64,000 nt of DNA from Kiritimatiellia bacterium (GCA_016783675.1 JADHWE010000002.1:19690-83689); one strand, 5' to 3'. Counted from the first letter of the stretch, positions 18,581 to 31,278 are shown. Program-made: numbers and translations. Notes: generated by a model not told the origin, from the sequence alone.

Positions 18581-20041
18581 ATGCTCGGCCTCGCCGTGTT
18601 GTTGAGCATTGCGCTCGTGGGAGTAGCGGTAGCGGCGGTGGACCCGGCCGGCGAGGTGGTGGCGCTGGAGGGAACCGCGGCGGCGGTTGACCAGGCAGGC
18701 ACACGCCGTGCGCTCGCGATTCACAGCCCCATCTTCCCTCTCGACCGGATCAACACGGCGGAAGGCAGCAAGCTTCAGATCATGTTCGTGGACGATTCGC
18801 TTGTCTCCCAAGGGGAGAAGAGTGAACTGGTGATCGACGAATACGTCTATGACCCCAAGAACAAGTCGCGCAACCGCGCTAAGCTGGGTATCACGAAAGG
18901 GCTCTTCCGGGTGGTCACCGACAAGATCACGAAGCTGAACCCGAAGCGGTTCAAGGTTAAGACGCGTATGGCCACCATCGGCATCCGCGGCTGCGACGTC
19001 GGCTTCAAGATACTGCCCGACGAAGAGGACATTTACGTTATCACGCTCCAGGGCGAAGAAGAAGTCAGCGTGGAGAGCTCCGAGCTGCCCTCCGGCAGCG
19101 GCAGATGGTCTGTCTTCCGCTTCGGGCGCAAAAAGGGGGGCGGAGGCGCAGAGATTCTGATAGACGAGTCACGCAAAATGGTCCTCCTGCGCAAGGGCAA
19201 GAAGATACAGGTGCTTGAGCTGCCTCCCGATCTGTTGTCCCGATTCCTGAATGCCGTAGAGACAGGTCTCGGGATCGTGCAGCTCGGTTTCGAAGATGAC
19301 GGTCCCCCGGGAGGAGACCTGCTTGCCTGGCTATCCAGCTTTATTCCCAAGGCAGGTGCCACACCCCCACCCGGTCCTCCGCCGCCGCCGGGGCTGGAGC
19401 CACCTCCTCCGCCACCCCCGCCTGAGGAAGAGGAAGAGGAGGAAGAAGAGGAAGAAGAAGAGGAGGAGCCCGAAAGACCTCGCCGAAGATTCATTGAAAT
19501 GGGCAGAAGCATCCATGATCACTGGGTCTGGGGACGCTGGGAGGTCGATGACGAGCTGGAGAGCTATGCCTTTGATGACTACACCGCCATCGACGGCGGT
19601 GATTTTGAGACCATTGTCACCGAAGGGGGTTACTACTTCCTAACCGGTCAGGGCGATGCCGCCGCGACAGTCTTGCACGCCGGAGAGCTCGTGGGACTCG
19701 TGGGCGATTGCGATATCGACTTGGAGATCGGCGAGAGCGCTCTACCGTACTGGAGCGGCAGTTTCTATATGGACAACGACGACGGAGGCAGCTCACTGTC
19801 CTTCGACGCCAATGGCGACGTGCAGTTGGACGGCTCATTTGACGGCACGACAAGTGGCCACGATCTCACTATGCCGGGGTATTCATCCACAAGTCCCGAC
19901 TCCGAGAGCATCAACGGCATGCTGGCTGGAGATGACGGCGAGATCACCGGCGCCTTCGGCTGGTTCCAATTGACGTTCCCAGAAGCCGATGTCGATGGCA
20001 TTTTCGCGACTGACTTTGATACCCCCCAAACCCCACAGTAA
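18581..20041 (+). CDS. Secreted/periplasmic FecR-domain protein with a Pro-rich and poly-Glu linker and an acidic C-terminal domain
   Basis: Signal peptide MLGLAVLLSIALVGVAVAAV with no lipobox Cys. The FecR-like block is GSKLQIMFVDDSLVSQGEKSELVIDE...TIGIRGCDVGFK. The linker is PPPGPPPPPGLEPPPPPPPPEEEEEEEEEEEEEEE. Confidence 0.6.
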   Translation: MLGLAVLLSIALVGVAVAAVDPAGEVVALEGTAAAVDQAGTRRALAIHSPIFPLDRINTAEGSKLQIMFVDDSLVSQGEKSELVIDEYVYDPKNKSRNRAKLGITKGLFRVVTDKITKLNPKRFKVKTRMATIGIRGCDVGFKILPDEEDIYVITLQGEEEVSVESSELPSGSGRWSVFRFGRKKGGGGAEILIDESRKMVLLRKGKKIQVLELPPDLLSRFLNAVETGLGIVQLGFEDDGPPGGDLLAWLSSFIPKAGATPPPGPPPPPGLEPPPPPPPPEEEEEEEEEEEEEEEPERPRRRFIEMGRSIHDHWVWGRWEVDDELESYAFDDYTAIDGGDFETIVTEGGYYFLTGQGDAAATVLHAGELVGLVGDCDIDLEIGESALPYWSGSFYMDNDDGGSSLSFDANGDVQLDGSFDGTTSGHDLTMPGYSSTSPDSESINGMLAGDDGEITGAFGWFQLTFPEADVDGIFATDFDTPQTPQ

Positions 20042-20059
20042 TTTACGTTCGGGAACAGC

Positions 20060-22318
20060 ATGGGATGGCGTAGGATATTCAGCCGGCGAGTCCTGAGACA
20101 CATTCCGCTGGTGTGGACCATTGGCTCTGTCATCACGCTGCTCTGCCTGGTCATCTTCGTTCTCGGGCTCGACGTGGTCGATGCGGTGTCTGACAAACTC
20201 TACGATGCGCTGCTGCGGCAGGTGCATGAGCAACCGAAATCCGGACGGGTGGCCATCGTCGACCTTGACGAGAAGAGCCTGGAGGAGCTGGGCCAGTGGC
20301 CGTGGCCGCGCTACCTGACCGCACGACTGACCGAGCGCATTCTCAGCGGCAGTCCATCGGTGGTGGCCTACGACGTGGTCTTTGCGGAACCCGACCGGAC
20401 GTCGCCTGAACAGCTTCGCATCGACCTTCAGCGCAACCTGAACCTGCTTGTCGAGGTCAAGGGGCTTCCTGCGGATATGACGGACTACGACCGTCTCCTC
20501 GCTCAAGCCCTGTCGGGCGGCAAGACGATCCTGGGATGCTTCATGCATGCCTCGCCCACCATGGTTGCCGAGGCCCCGGACGACTCCGATCCGCTCTATG
20601 ATGGATCACGCCTCTTCCTGCGGGGTACGGCGGGCGTGAACATCAACGAGTACCTGACACAGGCCAAAGACATTACCGTTCCCATCCCTATTCTGCGCAA
20701 GTCCGCCGAGACCGCGTTCTTCAATGCCTCGGTGGACGCGGACAATGTGGTGCGCAAGAACCCGCTAATCTGGGCATTCGGTCCACAGCGCATATACCCC
20801 TCGCTCGCGCTGGAGGCGGTTCGACTGGACCGGGGTCTCAGCCAGAGCATGATTGAGTATGACGACGGTGGTGTGGTGCAACTGCGGCTGCGCGATGTGC
20901 TGATCCCCTGCACCAAGTCGGGCAGGCTGGTGGTCAACTACCGCACCGTTCATGAGAATCCGCGCACCGGCCTGGCGTCGTCGTTCCCCAGCTACTCGGC
21001 CGCCGATCTTCTCGATGGAACCGTTGATTCGAGCGTTCTGAGCAACAAGATTGTGTTCGTGGGCACGTCCGCCATCGGTCTGCGCGATCTGCGTGCCACG
21101 CCGCTGGCCCGCCTCTTCCCGGGCGTCGAGGTACACGCAACCATGGTCGACAACATTCTCGCCGGCGATGCACTGAGCGAGCCCAACTGGATGGACGGCG
21201 CCCAGTTTATGGCCATCCTGGTGGTCGGCCTGTTCATGACGTTCCTGATCTCGCGGGGATGTTCGTGGTTGTCCTTCCTGCTGACGCTGTTGACCCTCGG
21301 CCTCTCGATGGCCACCGCCGTCGTGTTGCTCGCACACCGGCAGATGGTCTTTGTGCCGGCATGGACCATGCTCTCCACGCTCCTCATATACCCGGTCCTG
21401 ACCATGATCAGGTTCTGGCAGGAGGAACAGCAGAAGCAACGGGTGCGCAACATGTTCGGCACGATGGTGTCCCGGGATGTGCTGCGCTACCTCGAGGCCA
21501 ACCCGGAGAGCTTCTCGCTGCGCGGCGAACGAACCGAGGCAACGGTTTTCTTCTCGGATGTGGCCGGATTCACCACCATCTCCGAGCAAATGGAACCCGA
21601 CCGGATGACCGACCTGCTCAACCGCTACCTGACGCCCATGACCGATATCATCCTTGGGCATGGCGGTTACGTCGACAAGTACGAGGGCGATGCCGTGATG
21701 GCGGAATGGGGCGTGCCTTTCCGGGCCGATGATCATGCCGCCCAGGCCTGTCTCGCCGCGATCGAACAGCAGGAGCGCCTGGCGCAGCTCCGTCCTGAAC
21801 TCAAGAAGGAGTTCGGTCATGAGCTGCACGTGCGAATGGGAATCAACACCGGGACAGTGACGGCGGGCAACATGGGATCCGACATGCGCTTCTCCTACAC
21901 CGTCATGGGCGATACGGTGAACTTTGCCTCACGGCTCGAGCCAACCAACAAGGAGTACGGCACCTCCATTCTGATCGGCGAGGCCACGGCCAAGGCGGCC
22001 GCGGACGTGATCGAGGTGCGCTTCCTCGACAAGATCGTGGTGCAGGGCAAGTCCAAGCCGGTCACTGTCTACGAGCTCCTGGGAAAACGCGGGACCATCA
22101 GCGATGACACCAGGAAGGTTGCATCACTCTATACCGAGGCGCTGCATCTCCACTGGGAGCGGCGCTGGGAAGACGCCCTCGACACGCTGGCCGAGGCGCT
22201 CGGGATCGATCCCGACGATGGCCCCAGCAACACCCTCCGCATCCGGATCACGGGCTACCGCGACGATCCCCCGCCGGAGGATTGGGGCGGGGAATACGTT
22301 CGCACGACGAAGGACTGA
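20060..22318 (+). CDS. CHASE2-sensor class III adenylate/guanylate cyclase
   Basis: CHASE2 motifs (VAIVDLDEKSLEELGQWPWPR). Multi-TM region. Cyclase core VFFSDVAGFTTIS...KYEGDAVMAEWG...GDTVNFASRLE. C-terminal TPR-like tail. Confidence 0.8.
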   Translation: MGWRRIFSRRVLRHIPLVWTIGSVITLLCLVIFVLGLDVVDAVSDKLYDALLRQVHEQPKSGRVAIVDLDEKSLEELGQWPWPRYLTARLTERILSGSPSVVAYDVVFAEPDRTSPEQLRIDLQRNLNLLVEVKGLPADMTDYDRLLAQALSGGKTILGCFMHASPTMVAEAPDDSDPLYDGSRLFLRGTAGVNINEYLTQAKDITVPIPILRKSAETAFFNASVDADNVVRKNPLIWAFGPQRIYPSLALEAVRLDRGLSQSMIEYDDGGVVQLRLRDVLIPCTKSGRLVVNYRTVHENPRTGLASSFPSYSAADLLDGTVDSSVLSNKIVFVGTSAIGLRDLRATPLARLFPGVEVHATMVDNILAGDALSEPNWMDGAQFMAILVVGLFMTFLISRGCSWLSFLLTLLTLGLSMATAVVLLAHRQMVFVPAWTMLSTLLIYPVLTMIRFWQEEQQKQRVRNMFGTMVSRDVLRYLEANPESFSLRGERTEATVFFSDVAGFTTISEQMEPDRMTDLLNRYLTPMTDIILGHGGYVDKYEGDAVMAEWGVPFRADDHAAQACLAAIEQQERLAQLRPELKKEFGHELHVRMGINTGTVTAGNMGSDMRFSYTVMGDTVNFASRLEPTNKEYGTSILIGEATAKAAADVIEVRFLDKIVVQGKSKPVTVYELLGKRGTISDDTRKVASLYTEALHLHWERRWEDALDTLAEALGIDPDDGPSNTLRIRITGYRDDPPPEDWGGEYVRTTKD

Positions 22319-22479
22319 TCCCGAAAAGGGCCCGTATATCAGCCCCATCTCCGTTTCTGATTGATCCCGCCCTGCCACTCGGCTATCTTGCAGGCTCGTT
22401 CTCGTGTTGCCTGCTAAGGCTGGCAGGTACTGGGTAACAGGGCCGTGTGAGAGGCGGCACAGCTCCGAAAGGACATATC

Positions 22480-24888
<2,409 letters not shown>

Positions 24889-24911
24889 AGCGCAGACACA
24901 GCTCAAACACG

Positions 24912-24944
24912 ACAAGGCCGGACATATGTCCGGCCTTGTTTATT
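24912..24944 (+). terminator. Rho-independent terminator after the pyrophosphatase gene
   Basis: Perfect 14-bp stem acaaggccggacat / atgtccggccttgt followed immediately by ttattg. Confidence 0.7.
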
Positions 24945-24965
24945 GCCTATTGCTGAAGTGAAAGC

Positions 24966-25110
24966 CCTCAACTCAACGTCCAACAGCCAACAAGGAGCTC
25001 CGAACTCCCAAGTGAGCGAGAGAAGCGAATGTCGAGCCCGTGAGTCATCCCAGTCGCTCACTGCTCGCACTTGGAAGTTGGACATTCCTTGTTGGATGTT
25101 GGGTGTTGGA
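24966..25110. repeat. Copy B of the ~135-bp imperfect palindromic intergenic repeat element
   Basis: caacaaggagctccgaactcccaagtgagcgagagaagcg...cacttggaagttggacattccttgttggatgttgggtgttgg. The ends align with copy A at 14096-14235. Confidence 0.6.
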
Positions 25111-25174
25111 AATCCTTCTGGTTGGCGTCGAAGATTCTTGTCCTCCCCACCCAAACTCAGCACCATAGCTTCCC

Positions 25175-25945
25175 ATGAAAGCGATCTTTCTCGGCACCGG
25201 CACCTCGGCGGGCATCCCTATTATTGGATGCCACTGTCCGGTCTGCGCCTCTGCGGATCCGCACAACCGGCGGCGGCGCACCAGCCTCTATCTTGAGGCG
25301 GGCGGGAAGTACGTGCTCGTGGACACCCCGCCCGATTTCCGCGAGCAGGCGATCGAGCACCGCCTGCCCCGTATCGATGCGGTCTGCTTCACCCACTCGC
25401 ACGCCGACCACATCTTCGGGTTCGACGACATCCGCCGGTTCAACACGATCCAGGATGAGATCATTCCGGCCTACGCGGACGCCGGCACGCTGGCAGACCT
25501 GCAACGCATCTTCAATTACATCGGCACCGAGCACGTCGTGGGCTTCTACCGTCCTCGCATCACCTTCAACACCATCGATGCCCCGTTCAACATCGGCGAT
25601 GTGTTAGTCACACCGGTCGAGGTGGAGCACGGACACAATACGATTCTGGGGTTCCGCTTTGATGCCGACGGACGTTCGCTGGGCTACGTGCCGGACTGCT
25701 CGGCGATGTCAGAGGCGGCAATCGATGCCTTTCGCGGGATCGATATCATGATCCTCGATGCCCTGCGCCTACGGCCACACCTGACCCATCTCACGCTGGA
25801 AGACAGTGTCGCCCTGCTGAAGCAGATCGGGGCCGGGAAATCATACATCATTCACCTCTGCCACGACCTCGATCACGAGGAGACGCAGGCCAAGCTGCCT
25901 GAGAGCTGCTTCGTCTCGTATGATGGCCTGACGCTGGAATGGTAG
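25175..25945 (+). CDS. MBL-fold metallo-hydrolase (PhnP / cyclic phosphodiesterase-like)
   Basis: HxHxDH motif (FTHSHADHIFGFDD). N-terminal GTGTSAGIP and Cys-cluster CHCPVC as in PhnP-like enzymes. Confidence 0.7.
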   Translation: MKAIFLGTGTSAGIPIIGCHCPVCASADPHNRRRRTSLYLEAGGKYVLVDTPPDFREQAIEHRLPRIDAVCFTHSHADHIFGFDDIRRFNTIQDEIIPAYADAGTLADLQRIFNYIGTEHVVGFYRPRITFNTIDAPFNIGDVLVTPVEVEHGHNTILGFRFDADGRSLGYVPDCSAMSEAAIDAFRGIDIMILDALRLRPHLTHLTLEDSVALLKQIGAGKSYIIHLCHDLDHEETQAKLPESCFVSYDGLTLEW

Positions 25946-26002
25946 GAATTAGCCGCGAAGGAACGCAGAGAACGCAAAGAATAGAGGCTTCCCCTTCCCC
26001 GA

Positions 26003-26488
26003 TCAGACATCGATCGGTTCGAGGTACTCGCGCGCGACTTCTACGACGATGGCCTGGCCGATCATGTCGACGCTGAGGCAGACCTTGCTCTGGCCGCGAA
26101 GCTCCTCAACCCAGCCCTCGACACCCATGAACGGTCCACCCGTGATGCGGACGGCGGTGCCCTTCTTGAGCGCGGCATCTGCACCCAGTGACGGATCCAC
26201 GTCCAGCGCTTTGCGAACCTGTTCCAGTTCGTGAACCAGGTGTGTCTCGTCATCCGTCTCCAGGAAGCGGACGATTTGGTTGGTCTTCAACAGGCTGAGA
26301 CGCTGCTGCCTGTCGAACGAGGCGAAGACGTAGCCGGGGAAGATCGGTTTATCGACCGTCACCTTGCGGCGCTGGTAGATCTTGGTTTCGGAACGGAGGG
26401 GAAGATAGTTCTCGATCCCGAGGGCACAACAACACTGCGCGATCTTCTTCTCGCAACGGGGCTTCACATGTAATACGCACCAGGACAT
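26003..26488 (-). CDS. NusG-family paralog (NGN + KOW domains; RfaH/UpxY/LoaP-like specialised antiterminator)
   Basis: 161 aa. NGN motifs WCVLHVKPRCEKK and FPGYVFA. KOW motif GTAVRITGGPFMGVEGWV. 31 nt downstream of ruvB on the same strand. Confidence 0.7.
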   Translation of the reverse strand: MSWCVLHVKPRCEKKIAQCCCALGIENYLPLRSETKIYQRRKVTVDKPIFPGYVFASFDRQQRLSLLKTNQIVRFLETDDETHLVHELEQVRKALDVDPSLGADAALKKGTAVRITGGPFMGVEGWVEELRGQSKVCLSVDMIGQAIVVEVAREYLEPIDV

Positions 26489-26519
26489 AAGTTGAATCCG
26501 GAGGAAACGCCAAAACTGA

Positions 26520-27536
26520 TTACAGAAGCCGTTGTTGTGCTTGGTTCGGTTTCAGTCCCAGGCGGTCGTAGCAGAGATCGGTTGCCACGCGGCCCTGGGC
26601 CGTTCGCTTGAGGTAGCCCTCCATAATCAGGTAGGGCTCGTAGACATCCTCGATCGTGTCGGCTTCCTCGCCAACCGAGACCGCGAGCGAGTTGAGGCCC
26701 ACCGGGCCGCCGGAGAACTTGTGAATGATGGTCTCCAGGATGCGCTTGTCCATGTCGTCCAGCCCCTGCGCATCAATATCGAGCATCGCCAGCGCCTTGT
26801 CGGCCACCTGCTGCGTAATGCGATTATCGGCACGCACCTGGGCATAGTCGCGTACGCGGCGCAGCAGGTTGTTCGTGATGCGTGGGGTGCCGCGCGAGCG
26901 GCGCGCGATCTCCAGCGATCCCTCCGGCTCCACTTCGATGTTCAAGATCCGAGCCGTGCGCTCCACGATATGCTGCAGGTTGGCCGCGTCGTAATAGTCC
27001 AGTCGATCCGTGATGCCAAAACGCGAGCGCAAAGGCGAGGAGATCAGGCCGCTGCGGGTGGTCGCCCCTATGAGCGTAAAACGAGGCAGCTCGATGCGAA
27101 CCGAGCGGGCGTTGGGCCCCTGGTCGATCATGATATCGAGCACGAAGTCCTCCATCGCCGCATAGAGATACTCCTCGACCGTTTTCTGCATGCGATGGAT
27201 TTCGTCGATGAAGAGTACGTCGCCACGCTCCAGGTTGGTGAGCAGTCCGGCGAGGTCGCCGGGCTTGTCGATGATCGGTCCTGAAGTCACCTTGATCGCG
27301 CTGCCCATCGCCTCGGCGATGATGTAGGCCAGCGTGGTCTTGCCGAGGCCCGGGGGTCCTGACAGGAGCACATGGTCGAGGACATCTTCCCGTTGCCGTG
27401 CCGCGTCGACCGCCAGCTCCAGGCGCTCCTTGACCTTCTCCTGGCCGGCGAAGTCTTCGAAACGGGTCGGGCGCACGCTCAGCTCGAAATCGTTGTCGCG
27501 CGTATTCAGGTTTCCCAGTGTTCGCTCATCATTCAC
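26520..27536 (-). CDS. ruvB: Holliday junction branch-migration helicase RuvB
   Basis: AAA+ Walker [18 protein letters not shown] Walker B and the RuvB C-terminal domain. Confidence 0.9.
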   Translation of the reverse strand: MNDERTLGNLNTRDNDFELSVRPTRFEDFAGQEKVKERLELAVDAARQREDVLDHVLLSGPPGLGKTTLAYIIAEAMGSAIKVTSGPIIDKPGDLAGLLTNLERGDVLFIDEIHRMQKTVEEYLYAAMEDFVLDIMIDQGPNARSVRIELPRFTLIGATTRSGLISSPLRSRFGITDRLDYYDAANLQHIVERTARILNIEVEPEGSLEIARRSRGTPRITNNLLRRVRDYAQVRADNRITQQVADKALAMLDIDAQGLDDMDKRILETIIHKFSGGPVGLNSLAVSVGEEADTIEDVYEPYLIMEGYLKRTAQGRVATDLCYDRLGLKPNQAQQRLL

Positions 27537-27538
27537 GC

Positions 27539-28174
27539 TTATCGTCCTCCCAGTGCCCGCTTGATGAGCTCTTCCACGCCCAGGTCATCGCCGCCCTTGA
27601 GCGCCTGTGTCGCCATCTTGCGCGCGGCGTCCTGTTGGTAGCCGAGGGCGATCAGCGCCAGCACGGTATCGCGCAGACGGATGTTGTCGGGCGACTGAGG
27701 GTCGCCGCCTGCCACGGCTTCAAGCGCCTCGCCGGGCTTGATGCGACTGCGCAGCTCCACGACCATCCGTTCGGCGGTACGTTTGCCCACGCCGGAGATA
27801 GAGCTGAGCCGCTTGATATCCCCCTCCACCACGGCCGCCTTCAGCTCGCGCGCGGAGAGCCCGCTGAGAGCGCTGAGAGCGATCTTGGGTCCGATCCCAC
27901 TGATGCCCAACAGCAGCCGGAACGTGTCGCGCTCATCCTCGCTCATGAACCCGAAAAGCTGGCGCGACTCCTCGCGCACATGGTCGTGCGTCAACACCTT
28001 GCAGCGCTCGCCCATGGCCGGCAACCGGTCGTACGTACAGAGCGGAATAAACACCTCATACCCCACCCCACCCACATCCATCACCAGCCGCGTCGGCTGC
28101 TTCTCAGCAATCGTTCCATCCAGATAGGTAATCATACGTGGCTCTTGTCTACCGAATTTGGCCTGGAGAAGCAA
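27539..28174 (-). CDS. ruvA: Holliday junction DNA-binding protein RuvA
   Basis: MITYLDGTI... start, HhH motifs ([19 protein letters not shown]) and a C-terminal domain. Abuts ruvB. Confidence 0.85.
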   Translation of the reverse strand: MLLQAKFGRQEPRMITYLDGTIAEKQPTRLVMDVGGVGYEVFIPLCTYDRLPAMGERCKVLTHDHVREESRQLFGFMSEDERDTFRLLLGISGIGPKIALSALSGLSARELKAAVVEGDIKRLSSISGVGKRTAERMVVELRSRIKPGEALEAVAGGDPQSPDNIRLRDTVLALIALGYQQDAARKMATQALKGGDDLGVEELIKRALGGR

Positions 28175-28322
28175 TGAATTGCTCGCCTGATGTCGTGGTG
28201 CGTTTGTTGCATATCGCCGTCGCTGTGGTACAGTGTCTGGGCAGTTCGGTCCCGTGCACCTCTTGTCGGTGCATCATGAATCAGAACGGGGCACGTGAGA
28301 CTGCCTGGAAGGACCATAGGGG

Positions 28323-29813
28323 ATGAGAATACTGATTGTTGGCGCGGGAAACTCCGGACGACATCTGGCTACAATGCTGTGTGAGATGTCGCACGAGGTC
28401 GTCGTGGTGGACCGCGACCCGGAACCGCTCGCCGTTCTTGACGCCCATCTCGATGTGATGACCGTTACGGGATCTGGTTCTTCGCCGGATGTCCTGGAGC
28501 AAGCCGAGCTGGGCAAGGCTGACCTGCTGATTGCTGTCACGGACTCGGATGAAGTCAATATCCTGGCCTGTCACTGTGCGCGCGTGGCCGGGGTCAAGGA
28601 CACGGTCGCCCGCGTTGTGAACCCGGCCCTGCTGAAATCGTCGCTGCTCGACTACAAGCAACTGGGTGTCGATTGCGTGGTTAGCCAGAACAAGGAGGCG
28701 GCCGAAGAGCTGTTCAAGATTCTTCACAACCCCGGTTTGCTCGAATCGATTGATCTTCTCGACGGACGAGTGGTGATGGCGCGCATCAAAGTGCGCTCCG
28801 ACAGCCCGCTTCTTGGCGGTGCCGTTGCAGATTTAGGCCTGCCACGTCGCGGATCTACCGACCGCACTGGTGATAAGCAGGAGGCCCTGGGTTCGCCTAC
28901 CGGCGGCGATGACGAGACAGGGCTCATGGCGCGGGTGCGGTTCATCGTTGCCATGCGGGGTGAAACGGTATTCCTGCCGCGCGGCGATACGTCGTTCGAG
29001 GCCGATGACGATCTCTATGTTGCCGTGCAGTCCAAGGACCTGCATCAGTTGCTTGACTGGGCCTATCCCGGTCGACATGCATTCGACAAGAGCGTGATCG
29101 CCGGGGGAGGGGGGCTGGGGCTGGGCCTGGTGCAGCGGTTGGAGGCCGAGTCGGTCCCGGCGGTGTTGATTGAGCGGGATGCCACTCGTGCCGGGGAATG
29201 CTCCGATGTATTGCACAAGACGTTGGTCCTGCACGGTGACGCCTCGGACCAGGAGCTGCTGAAAGGCGCCGGCGTCGGCCCCGATACGGCGTTTGTCGCC
29301 ATCACCGGTGATGAGGAGTTCAACATCATCAGTTGCCTGCTGGCCCACAAGCTGGGCGCTGTCTTCACGGTCGCGCTGGTGTTGAAACCCGAGTACGTGC
29401 CAATTGTCCGGACCCTCGGCCTGCTCAGCAGGGTCGTGAGCCCTCACCTCTCCATGATCAACGCGATTCTGCATTTTGTACGAGGGAAACACGTGCGGGC
29501 GGCGGTGTGTCTGCACAAGGCGCCGGGTGAACTCCTGCATGTGGTCGTGCGGGAGGGGCATCGCTGGGCCGGCAAGCCCATCAGAAAACTTAAGATGCCG
29601 GGTGAATGCCTGATCGTGACCGTGCTGCGGGACGCCAGCATTCACGTCCCGACCGGAGACCTCGAAATACAGCAAGGAGACCAACTCATAATGTTTGCCC
29701 TGCCCGAGGACGTCGGTCGCGTCCAAGGCATGTTTAAAGACCGAGGTCCGCACCCGCGAAAAGCACGCAGGGGTGCGCCGGCGGGCAATGCCATATCTAA
29801 AACTCAACCATGA
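28323..29813 (+). CDS. trkA: Potassium uptake protein TrkA (tandem RCK_N/RCK_C)
   Basis: MRILIVGAGNSGRHLA and a second Rossmann GGGGLGLGL. An inserted disordered segment is present (RRGSTDRTGDKQEALGSPTGGDDETG). Confidence 0.8.
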   Translation: MRILIVGAGNSGRHLATMLCEMSHEVVVVDRDPEPLAVLDAHLDVMTVTGSGSSPDVLEQAELGKADLLIAVTDSDEVNILACHCARVAGVKDTVARVVNPALLKSSLLDYKQLGVDCVVSQNKEAAEELFKILHNPGLLESIDLLDGRVVMARIKVRSDSPLLGGAVADLGLPRRGSTDRTGDKQEALGSPTGGDDETGLMARVRFIVAMRGETVFLPRGDTSFEADDDLYVAVQSKDLHQLLDWAYPGRHAFDKSVIAGGGGLGLGLVQRLEAESVPAVLIERDATRAGECSDVLHKTLVLHGDASDQELLKGAGVGPDTAFVAITGDEEFNIISCLLAHKLGAVFTVALVLKPEYVPIVRTLGLLSRVVSPHLSMINAILHFVRGKHVRAAVCLHKAPGELLHVVVREGHRWAGKPIRKLKMPGECLIVTVLRDASIHVPTGDLEIQQGDQLIMFALPEDVGRVQGMFKDRGPHPRKARRGAPAGNAISKTQP

Positions 29814-31258
29814 ACGCCCGACCCGTGCTACATCTTGTTGCCATCATGCTAACCGTGATCGGCTTGGCCATCGGTCTCTGTGCCGGTGTGTCCTGGCTCT
29901 ACGCCGACCCGTGGTCGGCCCGCCTCGGGATGCTCGTATCGGCCGGCATTGTGACCGCCGTGGGGCTGGTGGCGTTTCTCATGACGCGGGGCAAGGTGGA
30001 TCTGTCCCGCCGCGACGGTTTTGGCATTGTGACGTTTGGCTGGCTTGCCGCGGCCCTCTTCGGCGCCCTGCCCTTCGTGCTGACAGGTGTCATTGCCGAC
30101 CCGGTCGCCGCCGTATTCGAGACGATGTCGGGCTTCACGACCACCGGCGCCTCCGTGCTGACTGACCTTGAGTCCGTACCACGCGGCGTTCTGTTCTGGC
30201 GCGCCATGACGCACTTCTTTGGCGGCATGGGTGTGCTGGTGCTCTGTGTGGCCATTCTCCCCTTCCTGGGCGTAGGCGGCATGCAGATATACCGTGCCGA
30301 AATGCCCGGGCCATCCAAGGATCGCCTGACACCCCGTATCGCCACCACGGCCAAGCTCCTGTGGGGGGTCTATGTGTTCTTCTGTGTTGCCGAAGCCGTC
30401 CTGCTTCGGTTGGGCGGCATGGATTGGTTCGACGCCTTCTGCCACGCCTTTGCCACCATGGCCACCGGCGGGTTCTCCACGCGGACGGCCAGCGTGGCAG
30501 CCTACAACAGTGTCTATATCGAGACGGTTATCATCGTGTTCATGTTCCTGGCGGGGGTTAACTTCTCTCTGAACTTCCGGGCGCTTCGCGGGAAGCCGCT
30601 GTGCTATTTTCGCGATCCCGAGTTCCGATTCTACGTGGGCACTTGGCTTACCGCGACCGTCGTGATCATCATCAACATCTACCGCAGCGTTTATCCTTCA
30701 TTCGGACAAGCCGTGCGCACGGCCTTTTTCCAATCGACCTCCATCATGACGACAACCGGGTTCTGCACCGAGGACTTCGACCAATGGCCGGGCGCATCCA
30801 AGGTGGTTCTCGTGCTGTTGATGTTTGTCGGCGGCTGCGCCGGCTCGACCGGTGGCGGCATCAAGAACATCCGCGTCTTTGTCCTCCTTAAGAAGGTGCT
30901 GCGCGAGATACGCCTGTTCATGCAGCCACAGGCGGTGGTGAAAGTGAAGATCGGAAGCGCACCGGTGCCCCAGGACGTCATCTCCCACATCTCCGGCTTC
31001 TTCATCGTCTTCATCCTGGTGTTTGCGGCCGGCACGCTGGTGATGACGTTCTTCACCCCGGACCTGCAAACCGCCCTGACGTCTGTCATTGCCACGCTCG
31101 GGAATATCGGACCGGGACTGGGGGGCGTGGGTGCCGTTCAGAACTACAGCTCGATTCCCGCGTTGGGCAAAGCGTTCCTGACGCTACTGATGCTTCTTGG
31201 CCGTTTGGAGCTCTATACGGTACTCATCGTCTTGCTCCCGAGCTTTTGGAGGAAATAG
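29810..31258 (+). CDS. trkH: Potassium transporter TrkH
   Basis: 482-aa polytopic protein with selectivity-like GG repeats (TTTGFC, GGCAGSTGGGIKN). Overlaps the trkA stop. Confidence 0.8.
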   Translation: MNARPVLHLVAIMLTVIGLAIGLCAGVSWLYADPWSARLGMLVSAGIVTAVGLVAFLMTRGKVDLSRRDGFGIVTFGWLAAALFGALPFVLTGVIADPVAAVFETMSGFTTTGASVLTDLESVPRGVLFWRAMTHFFGGMGVLVLCVAILPFLGVGGMQIYRAEMPGPSKDRLTPRIATTAKLLWGVYVFFCVAEAVLLRLGGMDWFDAFCHAFATMATGGFSTRTASVAAYNSVYIETVIIVFMFLAGVNFSLNFRALRGKPLCYFRDPEFRFYVGTWLTATVVIIINIYRSVYPSFGQAVRTAFFQSTSIMTTTGFCTEDFDQWPGASKVVLVLLMFVGGCAGSTGGGIKNIRVFVLLKKVLREIRLFMQPQAVVKVKIGSAPVPQDVISHISGFFIVFILVFAAGTLVMTFFTPDLQTALTSVIATLGNIGPGLGGVGAVQNYSSIPALGKAFLTLLMLLGRLELYTVLIVLLPSFWRK

Positions 31259-31278
31259 GAAAATAGGGGTCGCGACAC

